From the IMG/VR virus record IMGVR_UViG_3300028888_000051, positions 163,384 through 227,383 of that record: DNA of 64,000 nucleotides; one strand, given 5' to 3'. The stretch comes from a virus. Taxonomy: Duplodnaviria; Heunggongvirae; Uroviricota; Caudoviricetes. Position 1 is the stretch's first letter. Each line of letters begins with the position of its first letter. The position numbers were made by a program, and so were the translations under genes. Shown piece after piece: positions 27,969 through 36,250 of this stretch. The notes under the pieces are model-generated. The model did not search any database, had not been told where the DNA came from, and was given only the letters and a program-made list of their open reading frames with translations.

Positions 27969-28670
27969 ATGGCAATTGATCCTACAAATACACTTACATA
28001 TAATGAATTAAAAACTGATACTTTAAATTGGATAAAAACTATTCCACAAAATGTTGGTTCATATAAAAGTACTGTACATGCATCTTTAAGAGATCCAAAT
28101 TGGAGTAAAACATTAACTCAATATAATTATAATTGGGAATATAGATATACATATAATAAACAAGGAAATCCAACAAAAGCTGATAGATATCGTACACATA
28201 TTGATTTGATTGCCAAAATAAATACAGCTACAATTATTCCAGTAGTAACAGCAACACAAATTGAAACAGATTTTAATAATTTTTTAACTACAGCTAATAT
28301 TAATTCACGTTTAAATGGAATAGTTACAACATCTGGACTTTTAAATTTTTGGGATAATGTAGTATGTTTTTTATATAAACATTTGGTTAGTGTTTCTAGT
28401 AATGATGCACCAAATGGTGTTTTAATGTATTGGTCAACTTCAACATATAATTATAAATATGTTACTAAATTATCAGATAACTATACTACAGTACCAAGTG
28501 AAACAAAAATTACAGCACAAGATATGTTAGATATGTTAACCACATTAGAAGAAACTTATAATTTTGCACATCGAACACATATTGTTACTTATTCGATAAC
28601 AAAAACGACAACTGTTACAAAATTAGCTACTGGTGTTGCACCTGGTACTTATGAATCACCTGAATCATAA
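27969..28670 (+). CDS. hypothetical protein with Thr-rich C-terminal tail; paralogue of 26022..26816
   Basis: Shares IETDFNNF, GLLNFWDNV and the ..L..LE(E)T.....H/Y.VTY.. blocks; ends TKTTTVTKLATGVAPGTYESPES. Confidence 0.6.
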   Translation: MAIDPTNTLTYNELKTDTLNWIKTIPQNVGSYKSTVHASLRDPNWSKTLTQYNYNWEYRYTYNKQGNPTKADRYRTHIDLIAKINTATIIPVVTATQIETDFNNFLTTANINSRLNGIVTTSGLLNFWDNVVCFLYKHLVSVSSNDAPNGVLMYWSTSTYNYKYVTKLSDNYTTVPSETKITAQDMLDMLTTLEETYNFAHRTHIVTYSITKTTTVTKLATGVAPGTYESPES

Positions 28671-28674
28671 AATT

Positions 28675-29259
28675 TTAAAATTCTTTTGTTTGTAACCAGT
28701 GTTTTCTACAAACAGATTTATACACTATATTATCTTTTTCGATTCCTATAACTTTATTTGAAGTATCTGGTTTTCTATTTACATAACGTAAATGATGTGT
28801 TGCTTTATTTGTACAATCTGGTTTTTCACATAACATTTCTATTTCTTGTATTTCATCTGCAAATTCAATAAAAGCTTTTGTACCTTCAAAAAGATTTCCA
28901 TTAATATCATTTTTTAGACCATATGCAATAATATTTATATTTTGTTGTTCAATTAACTTTGAAATAAAAATTACATCATCACGAGTAAAAAATTGTGCTT
29001 CATCAATAATAATTATTTTATCATAATTTATATTGTTTAATTCATTTTCAAAATTTTCAATATAATAAGCAGGTATTTTTTCTTTAATCAGTCTAGAAGT
29101 AGTATATCCCCAACCTTTTTGATTTCCATCTCGTGTATCTATAACTGGTTTTATTATAATAGGATTCATGTTTTTATATTTGTACATTTGATATGTTTTT
29201 ATTGCATTTACTGATTTACCTGCATTCATACATCCATAATAAAACTTTAATTTTGTCAT
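28675..29259 (-). CDS. tdk: thymidine kinase
   Basis: P-loop YGCMNAGKS; IIIDEAQFF; C-terminal zinc-site pattern C..C...H / C..H typical of type II TK. Confidence 0.85.
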   Translation of the reverse strand: MTKLKFYYGCMNAGKSVNAIKTYQMYKYKNMNPIIIKPVIDTRDGNQKGWGYTTSRLIKEKIPAYYIENFENELNNINYDKIIIIDEAQFFTRDDVIFISKLIEQQNINIIAYGLKNDINGNLFEGTKAFIEFADEIQEIEMLCEKPDCTNKATHHLRYVNRKPDTSNKVIGIEKDNIVYKSVCRKHWLQTKEF

Positions 29260-29280
29260 TTTAAAATTATCCTAATAAAA

Positions 29281-29324
29281 AATAAACACGCATATATAGA
29301 ATTCCTATAATACACGTGTTTATT
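29281..29324 (-). terminator. 10-bp perfect inverted repeat (AATAAACACG/CGTGTTTATT) with U-run on the minus strand; the loop carries an ATTCTATAT box
   Basis: Lies between the end of 29363..30163 and the start of tdk. The loop contains the TTCTATA motif about 35-43 nt from the tdk ATG. Confidence 0.5.
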
Positions 29325-29362
29325 AAAAAATTAAAAGTCAAGAGACAAGTTTTGTTTAACAC

Positions 29363-30163
29363 CTAAGAAAATAACTTTACAAGCTTTTGCCAGAATGTAT
29401 CTGGATTTTTAACTTTTGCAACTATTACCTCTTCTTTTTTATTTTTAATAATAGATTGGCCAGAGAGTAAATAGTTTTTAAGATCATCATACTCAGCATT
29501 ATACCTCGCTTTATATTCTGGATACTTGATCTTTCTATATGTATATAATTTTTCTAAAAATTTTTCTTTCGTAAGAATATTTTTATTAAAACATATACTT
29601 TGGAAGATTTTATAAGCACCACCTTGTCCATGTTGTATAATAGTAGACTTAACTGCTGCTTGAATAGCATTATCTTCAGAAGCCCAAGATGTTAATTTAT
29701 TAAAATTACTATTGCCGTTTTTATCCATACGAATATAAACAGGAATTATTTCTTTTTTTAATAAAAAATTATCATATGAATTTCTAAAAGATTTTTCAGT
29801 AGCTATTTTCTTCCATATATTTATAAAATTTTTATTACCAGCATATGCAGCTCTATAACCACCTGCTTGTATTAATATATCATAATACTTATAATTATTA
29901 TCTTTTAAATATGTTAAAAAGAAATCAAAAGTAGATGGTAAATTGTTCTTTCTCCAAGTAGATATTTGCCACTTTCCATAAGAATAACCACCATATCCAT
30001 CCTTACTTATTGCTTGATACCCTAATTTACCACATTCATATTTTGCTACAATATCATGCTTTGTATGAAGAGCATCATAATTTGTTTTGGCTTGAACTGT
30101 TACTATATTTCCAAAAATAACTAAAGTTATATAATAACTTAACCAAAAGATTTGTTTAATCAT
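29363..30163 (-). CDS. secreted protein, possibly lysozyme-like glycoside hydrolase
   Basis: N-terminal signal peptide (hydrophobic core, VQA cleavage-like site). DGYGGYSYGKWQIS resembles muramidase/VgrG3-type motifs (weak, from memory). Confidence 0.35.
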   Translation of the reverse strand: MIKQIFWLSYYITLVIFGNIVTVQAKTNYDALHTKHDIVAKYECGKLGYQAISKDGYGGYSYGKWQISTWRKNNLPSTFDFFLTYLKDNNYKYYDILIQAGGYRAAYAGNKNFINIWKKIATEKSFRNSYDNFLLKKEIIPVYIRMDKNGNSNFNKLTSWASEDNAIQAAVKSTIIQHGQGGAYKIFQSICFNKNILTKEKFLEKLYTYRKIKYPEYKARYNAEYDDLKNYLLSGQSIIKNKKEEVIVAKVKNPDTFWQKLVKLFS

Positions 30164-30233
30164 ATCTTAAATCCTAGTATCACTTGCCTCTTAGTTTGCT
30201 TGTTCAACTATTTTCATCAATAAAGATTAACTT

Positions 30234-30246
30234 TATATAGAACTAT
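30234..30246 (-). promoter_or_regulatory. AAATAGTTCTATA box (minus strand) upstream of 29363..30163
   Basis: GTTCTA box about 75 nt from the start codon. Confidence 0.3.
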
Positions 30247-30336
30247 TTAAAATTAATGTAAAGCCTTAAGTTAAAAAAACTATATTTTGTAAATAGTTAT
30301 CTAGAAACAAACTCTTATATATTTCTAAATAAAAAT

Positions 30337-30348
30337 AAGTTCTATAAA
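30337..30348 (+). promoter_or_regulatory. AAGTTCTATAAA box (preceded by TTTCTAAAT) upstream of the fibre cassette
   Basis: Two adjacent TTCTA motifs at about 30322 and 30340; 105-130 nt before ATG 30454. Confidence 0.3.
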
Positions 30349-30453
30349 TCAATGATTAATTTATTTAATTTCAATTTATTCATAGCTAAAAATTTATTTA
30401 TTATAAAATAATTAGTTAAATATAACTTTAACTTAAAGGATAAAATAATTACC

Positions 30454-31914
30454 ATGAGTACTACTGATACAGATGTTCAAAATTTAGTTGTTAATAAACT
30501 TACTCTTTCAAAATATACAGAATTAAAAAAAGCGGGTACAGTAAGTGCAACTGAATCTTATGAAATTACAGATATTGATTCAAAGATTTTAGATTTTTAT
30601 GGTACGTGTACTACAGCCGCAGGAACACAAGCTAAGGTAGTTACTTGTCCCGGATTTATTTTACAAGAAGGTATATCAATAAGAGTTAAATTTACAAATA
30701 ATCAAGATTATAATGGTGTACCTACTTTAAACGTTAATGGAACAGGAGCAAAAAATATTGTATCAAAGTCTGGTACAAATGCATTTAGATATTGTTGGAT
30801 GGCAGGTGAAGTTGTTGCTTTTACTTATGATGGTACAAATTGGATTATGCAAGATGGTGGAATTGCAACAACTACATATTATGGTACAACAAGATTACAA
30901 ACTTCTACAACTTCTACTAGTACAAGTTTAGCAGCAACTCCAGCTTCAATAAACAATTTAGTTCAAAATATGATTGAACCATATGATATTTATTCTACTT
31001 CAAGTACTTATGCTATTGGTGATAGAGTAAGATATAATAACAATGCTTGGGAATGTAATACAGCTATTAGTACAGCAGAAGCCTGGACTCAAGCTCATTG
31101 GACAATGTTAGATCCTATCCAAATACAATTGGATGATAAACAAGAAACACTTACTTCTGGTACAAATATAAAAACAATTAATGGTAATTCAATATTAGGT
31201 TCTGGAAATTTAATTATTGAAGGAACTGGAGGTAATGCTACTTGGGGTAGTATTAATGGTACTATTTCTAATCAAACGGACTTAGTTCATTCTGTTGCTG
31301 GAGCAATAAATAGTTATTGTGCAACAAATGGATCAACAAATGATAAACCATACAAAAAAATTGCTGAATGGATATTAACTGGAACATATCAATCAGTTAT
31401 TGTACCTTTTTTATATTGTTTTACAAATGTCGATGCAGCAAGTGCTTTATATTTAGGAAAAATAAATTCAAGGGTTGATGCAACTGCTGGTACTTCAAGT
31501 CAAGCAACTTCGAATATTGTATTGGAAACTTTTCCAATTGATATTCAAAATGAAAAAATTACTTTTTATTTATTATCTAAAAATAATACACCAAGTGCAG
31601 ATAGTGTTACCTATCAATTATGGATTTACATTAATAATACATATAGAGGTGTAGCAATTTTACCATTACGACAAGGAACAGGAGGATCAGGATATAATAT
31701 TTCTAATATTACATGGGGTAATAATTTAGTAGAAGCTAGTGCTTTACCTAGTGAATATGTTGCAAAAAGTCAAACATTAGCTTCTTTACATGCTTTAACT
31801 CCTACCACCAGTGATAATTCTACTAACGTGGCAACAACAGCTTTTGTAAAAAATCAAGGGTATTTATCTACGATGACATATGATTCATCTACAGAAACTT
31901 TAGCTTGGAGTTAA
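30454..31914 (+). CDS. tail fibre protein (486 aa)
   Basis: Thr/Ser/Gly/Asn-rich; conserved TSDNSTNVATTAFV motif near the C-terminus. Confidence 0.7.
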   Translation: MSTTDTDVQNLVVNKLTLSKYTELKKAGTVSATESYEITDIDSKILDFYGTCTTAAGTQAKVVTCPGFILQEGISIRVKFTNNQDYNGVPTLNVNGTGAKNIVSKSGTNAFRYCWMAGEVVAFTYDGTNWIMQDGGIATTTYYGTTRLQTSTTSTSTSLAATPASINNLVQNMIEPYDIYSTSSTYAIGDRVRYNNNAWECNTAISTAEAWTQAHWTMLDPIQIQLDDKQETLTSGTNIKTINGNSILGSGNLIIEGTGGNATWGSINGTISNQTDLVHSVAGAINSYCATNGSTNDKPYKKIAEWILTGTYQSVIVPFLYCFTNVDAASALYLGKINSRVDATAGTSSQATSNIVLETFPIDIQNEKITFYLLSKNNTPSADSVTYQLWIYINNTYRGVAILPLRQGTGGSGYNISNITWGNNLVEASALPSEYVAKSQTLASLHALTPTTSDNSTNVATTAFVKNQGYLSTMTYDSSTETLAWS

Positions 31915-31921
31915 AATATGA

Positions 31922-33181
31922 ATGTATAAATCAAGTTTTATTGGTATTTTAAGAAATTTACCACAGAATTTTACTCCAAATATCATTTGTGAATCTGCTA
32001 GTACAGAAGTACCTTATATTTTTGATTATACTGCAAATTATACAGATAATAATTGTTGGGATATTACATTAAATGTAAGACAAGATACTACTAATGCTAT
32101 TAATACCTCAACACCAATCTGGGGGCCGTTTACATTTATTATTACTGCAACAAATTATGCTCCCGCAATTTTAACTAGTTCAACGTATGAAGGAGTTTTT
32201 GATATTAAAATGGAACAATATGTTACAAGAATTTTAAATGAAAAAACTAATACTGGATATGTAATAAAAGACACAGAAGCTAGAAATAATATTACTACAT
32301 TAGATAGTAATGCAGTACATAAAACTGGTAATGAAACCATTAGTGGGACTAAGACATTTACCGATTCTATAGCGTCCCACAGTGGAGTTGATGAAACAAG
32401 CAGTTCTGCACAAGAAAAAGACTTTATTAAATTATACGATAATCAAACCAATACCGGATTTATTAGACAATATTGGTCGACAACACAAAACCAATTAAGA
32501 ATTAGAAATTTAGCAAGACACGGTGAAGCTGCAGGGGCTTGGGGAGATATACAGCAGATAATTGATGCTAACGGGAATTATAGAGTAAATATTGATTGTG
32601 CCGGAACATTAACCAATATGGCTCTCACAAGTGCTACAGGTAGCTCAACCGCCACTGATGTACCTACAAAAGGATGGGTAAATAACCCTGCTACAAGTAC
32701 GAATGTCGTGCATAGAACTGGTAATGAAACTATTGGCGGACAAAAAACTTTTACAGCTCAAGTTACTAAAACAAATAGCTCGACTGGAGCAGATACAATT
32801 TTTGTAAATAAAAATACAGCAATAACAAAAGGAACAGCTCCTAGTACAAATGTTGAATCAAGATGGAGATTAACAGATTCTTCTTCTGGAGATAGTAATT
32901 CTGCTTTGATAGCAGGTGTAGATTTTCAATATGATACAAGTAATAGAACATCTGCTTTTTTACAAGTAGGTAAACCAGAAGCAGGTTCAACAAGTACTGC
33001 CCGTATGGGTATTTTTTATCCAGCTACAGGTAATCCATATACAGAAGCTCCAACTCCTGCAACTTCTGATAACTCAACAAAAATAGCAACAACAGCATTT
33101 GTAAATAGTCACATACAGCAAGTAAGTGCACTTCCTGCTTCTCCGCTTTCTAATGTTTTATATGTAATACCAGAGGAATAG
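31922..33181 (+). CDS. tail fibre protein (419 aa)
   Basis: Two copies of (A/V)VH(K/R)TGNETI(S/G)G.KTFT; PTPATSDNSTKIATTAFVNS near the C-terminus. Confidence 0.7.
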   Translation: MYKSSFIGILRNLPQNFTPNIICESASTEVPYIFDYTANYTDNNCWDITLNVRQDTTNAINTSTPIWGPFTFIITATNYAPAILTSSTYEGVFDIKMEQYVTRILNEKTNTGYVIKDTEARNNITTLDSNAVHKTGNETISGTKTFTDSIASHSGVDETSSSAQEKDFIKLYDNQTNTGFIRQYWSTTQNQLRIRNLARHGEAAGAWGDIQQIIDANGNYRVNIDCAGTLTNMALTSATGSSTATDVPTKGWVNNPATSTNVVHRTGNETIGGQKTFTAQVTKTNSSTGADTIFVNKNTAITKGTAPSTNVESRWRLTDSSSGDSNSALIAGVDFQYDTSNRTSAFLQVGKPEAGSTSTARMGIFYPATGNPYTEAPTPATSDNSTKIATTAFVNSHIQQVSALPASPLSNVLYVIPEE

Positions 33182-33184
33182 AAG

Positions 33185-33847
33185 ATGCCAGTATATTTCG
33201 GAAACAGTAATAAAATAAAAGAAATGTATTATGGAAGGACTAAGATAAAAGAAGCTTATTATGGTTCTACGTTAGTTTATAAGAGTACACATTATAAACC
33301 AAATGAGGTAATCTATGAATCATCAACAGCTGGAAGCACTACACTTAATTTATTAGATAATGGTAAATATGAAGTCATTTGTATTGCAGGCGGAGGTGGT
33401 GGTAAGCAATTTAAATATGGTTCTGATATTACTGATCCAATAATTAATTACGGTGGTGGTTCAGGTTCTGGATTTGATTGTATTTTACAATTAACAAGTG
33501 GAAGTTATACAGTGACTGTAGGTGCAGCAGGTGTTAGAAATACGGATCACTCAACAACTTCATCTGGTTCTGGTGGCAATTCACGATTTGGAACATCTTA
33601 TGCTTATGGTGGAGGTGGTGGTAAATATAATGCAGTTGGACCAAAAGGAGAGGCTCCAAGTATAACTTACACAATAATATCTACTACTTTTAATAAAGCC
33701 GGTAATAACGGAACTAGAGATGTTGGTTCGACTGCCGCAGGTGGTGCTTCTGTTTATGATAATACAGCAACCGGCTATGGTGCAGGTGGTAGAAGCAATC
33801 AAAATGGCCATGCAGGTTATGTAAAAGTTATTTATAAAGGAAGTTAA
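33185..33847 (+). CDS. glycine-rich fibre-associated protein (220 aa)
   Basis: GGGGGK, GGGSGSG and GGGGGK runs ending in GHAGYVKVIYKG, a pattern seen in phage glycine-rich tail proteins. Confidence 0.55.
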   Translation: MPVYFGNSNKIKEMYYGRTKIKEAYYGSTLVYKSTHYKPNEVIYESSTAGSTTLNLLDNGKYEVICIAGGGGGKQFKYGSDITDPIINYGGGSGSGFDCILQLTSGSYTVTVGAAGVRNTDHSTTSSGSGGNSRFGTSYAYGGGGGKYNAVGPKGEAPSITYTIISTTFNKAGNNGTRDVGSTAAGGASVYDNTATGYGAGGRSNQNGHAGYVKVIYKGS

Positions 33848-33936
33848 ACAATTGTAAAAAAGTATATCAAAAGATTGTGTTTAATATACAAAAAACAGTG
33901 GATAGAAAACTAAAAAGTTTTAAGGATTTTTAATAA

Positions 33937-34911
33937 ATGGCCAATTATGTTAGTAAATTTTTAAATAATGATATAGAATATACATTAAAAGATTCGAACG
34001 CCGTTCATAAAACAGGTGATGAAAGTATTGCAGGTGATAAAACTTTTACTGGGTATATTAAAGGTCAAGCAGCTAATTATACAAACCATGCGATGAAACT
34101 CGGCACTAATGGTGTCGATTATATGGATTTCTATGAGTATGGCGGTTTATGGAATTTCTACAAGTCGAGAAGCGGAACTAATACCCTAGTGGCTAAGATT
34201 GCAGAATTGACAACTTCTACAAATGATGAAACGCTTGCTACCACAAATTGGGTTAATAGTAAAGGCTATGCATTAGATAGCGATGTTGTTAAAACTAGTG
34301 GTAGTCAGACCGTTGACGGGATTAAGAATTTTACAAGTGGTATTAATATAGGTGATTCAACAGAATACAGAGCACAACTTTACAAATTATCTGGAGGTTC
34401 TGGCAACCTTGCACTTGCAATTAATAAACAAGATAATTCTGGTTGGTTATCAAGCATAGTGTTGAATAAAGATGGAACAATCAATATCAATCCAAGCACT
34501 AGCGTAACCGCTCCAACACCTGCAACAAGCGACAACTCTACTAAAATTGCAACAACAGCATTTGTAAATAGTAGAGTACAAAATCTTTCTTGTGATTTTT
34601 CCTCTACTGGAAAAACGACACTATCTTTAGCTCTTAATACCCCATACGCCTTTGCTGTAAGTGGTTATCTAGTTATTACCATAAACGTAAAAGGGCAAAC
34701 AGACCCTACTGTTACTGTGTTAATGTCAAACACCAGTAATGCTTCTTCATCTTCATTTAAAGTGTGTAGTATAAGTAGTAATGGTGGAACGGCAGAACAC
34801 AATAATATACCGTTTTCAATATATGTAGAAAAAGGGCAGAGTATATATCTACATAAAACTGGTGGTGGTTCTGCTACTGTGGAAGACGCTTTTATTTTCG
34901 CAACAAGATAG
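33937..34911 (+). CDS. tail fibre protein (324 aa), G+C-richer module
   Basis: AVHKTGDESIAGDKTFTG and APTPATSDNSTKIATTAFVNS motifs followed by a distinct roughly 115-aa C-terminal domain. Confidence 0.7.
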   Translation: MANYVSKFLNNDIEYTLKDSNAVHKTGDESIAGDKTFTGYIKGQAANYTNHAMKLGTNGVDYMDFYEYGGLWNFYKSRSGTNTLVAKIAELTTSTNDETLATTNWVNSKGYALDSDVVKTSGSQTVDGIKNFTSGINIGDSTEYRAQLYKLSGGSGNLALAINKQDNSGWLSSIVLNKDGTININPSTSVTAPTPATSDNSTKIATTAFVNSRVQNLSCDFSSTGKTTLSLALNTPYAFAVSGYLVITINVKGQTDPTVTVLMSNTSNASSSSFKVCSISSNGGTAEHNNIPFSIYVEKGQSIYLHKTGGGSATVEDAFIFATR

Positions 34912-34921
34912 GAGATTTTAA

Positions 34922-35536
34922 ATGATAGAAGAAATTTTAGAAGAAAAATCACCAAAAGAGCAAGGGGAAGAAAAGCTTGCTAAAATGCTTGAACAACACC
35001 CCGAACTTAAAAACTATGCAAAGTTTATGGTGAATGATGAAGGCGAAATTGTATATAAAGTAATCATAGAGCCTAGTAAATTTGACATCGCCTTTGATGA
35101 TTATTTCTTTTTGAAAAATCACCCAGAAGATGAAAATGCTAAGTTTATTGATGACTTTTATGAATACGTTTACAACCTTGTATCTAAGTGGTGTGAAGAG
35201 AATAAGGATTATACTATTGACTGTTGGCAAAACCACTACACTGTTCGCAAGAGTGATGAGGTTGAAAAAATCCATTATGAGTCTATGAGTGAAGATGAGA
35301 AAAAATCATATGATGAAAGAAAACTACAAGAAAAGATAGATTCTAAACGTGCTGAACGTGATAATTTACTCACTATGGTTGTTGACCCAATTGTTACAAA
35401 TCCACTACGTTGGGAAGAACTTTCAGACGCTGAGAAGTCAAAATATCGTGCTTATCGGTTGTATTTATTAGATATTCCACAGCAAGAGGAATTTCCTGAT
35501 ATTGAGATTAAGTCTTTCGAGGAGTTTAACGCATGA
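34922..35536 (+). CDS. tail fibre assembly chaperone (Tfa-like)
   Basis: C-terminal RDNLLTMVVDPIVTNPLRWEELSDAEKSKYRAYRLYLLDIPQQEEFPD matches the lambda/P2/Mu Tfa pattern; immediately follows a fibre gene. Confidence 0.6.
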   Translation: MIEEILEEKSPKEQGEEKLAKMLEQHPELKNYAKFMVNDEGEIVYKVIIEPSKFDIAFDDYFFLKNHPEDENAKFIDDFYEYVYNLVSKWCEENKDYTIDCWQNHYTVRKSDEVEKIHYESMSEDEKKSYDERKLQEKIDSKRAERDNLLTMVVDPIVTNPLRWEELSDAEKSKYRAYRLYLLDIPQQEEFPDIEIKSFEEFNA

Positions 35537-36171
35537 TTTGGTTATACAGTATTATAAGTGCACTTACTTTTAGAATAAGAGGCGGGTTAAGAATACTATT
35601 TACAGATAAGAAATTTCCTCTATGCAAATGGTGGTTTGCAACAGCTTTTGCTACATTAGCTTGGTTTTTGAAATATAATAATTTTACTTTTGAAAGTTTT
35701 AATTATTGGTTAGTGTTATTAATAGCAAGTAGATTATCTACACAAATGGCTGGTTGGGGTGAATATTGTGGTTGTGTACTTGGTATAGGCAAACCTAATC
35801 CAGAAAGAAAAGACTTCCCTAAAGTAGATGATTTTCTAGACAATCTTAAATGGGATGCTCATGATATTAAAATATGGAAATGGACAATTCATATTCCAGC
35901 TTTTAATTTATTAGATCATCCTATTTTATTCGGATGGTTAGGCTTATCAGCTAGAGGTTTATATTTATCATTTATTATTGGATTAGCCTTAAATTCTGTA
36001 ATATTTATGCTTTGTGGAATTATGATGGGTACAATTTATTGGTTATGTGGATTATTTGCACGCAAAGTACTAAAGAAAATGGATAAAACAGGATGGAATA
36101 TTTCTGAATGGGTATTTGGAGGTTATCTTGGCTTATTCTTATATATTTGTATTAAAATAACTATATTTTAA
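35533..36171 (+). CDS. polytopic membrane protein (212 aa)
   Basis: Five or six hydrophobic segments; 4-nt overlap with the tfa-like gene. Confidence 0.55.
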   Translation: MIWLYSIISALTFRIRGGLRILFTDKKFPLCKWWFATAFATLAWFLKYNNFTFESFNYWLVLLIASRLSTQMAGWGEYCGCVLGIGKPNPERKDFPKVDDFLDNLKWDAHDIKIWKWTIHIPAFNLLDHPILFGWLGLSARGLYLSFIIGLALNSVIFMLCGIMMGTIYWLCGLFARKVLKKMDKTGWNISEWVFGGYLGLFLYICIKITIF

Positions 36172-36199
36172 ATCTGTTAGTATTAATTATATATAAAAT

Positions 36200-36226
36200 A
36201 AAAGGTACTCATAGTAAGTACCTTTT
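36200..36226. terminator. bidirectional terminator between convergent operons
   Basis: Stem AAAAGGTACT/AGTACCTTTT, 7-nt loop, A-run before and T-run after. Confidence 0.75.
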
Positions 36227-36250
36227 ATTATTTTTATCTATTAAAATTTT

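Noticed and set aside
31795-34575. Fibre-gene repeats as a diversity-generating retroelement template/variable-region pair
   Set aside because: No reverse transcriptase is present in the window. The differences between the copies are not adenine-specific, and the repeats are short conserved junction motifs.
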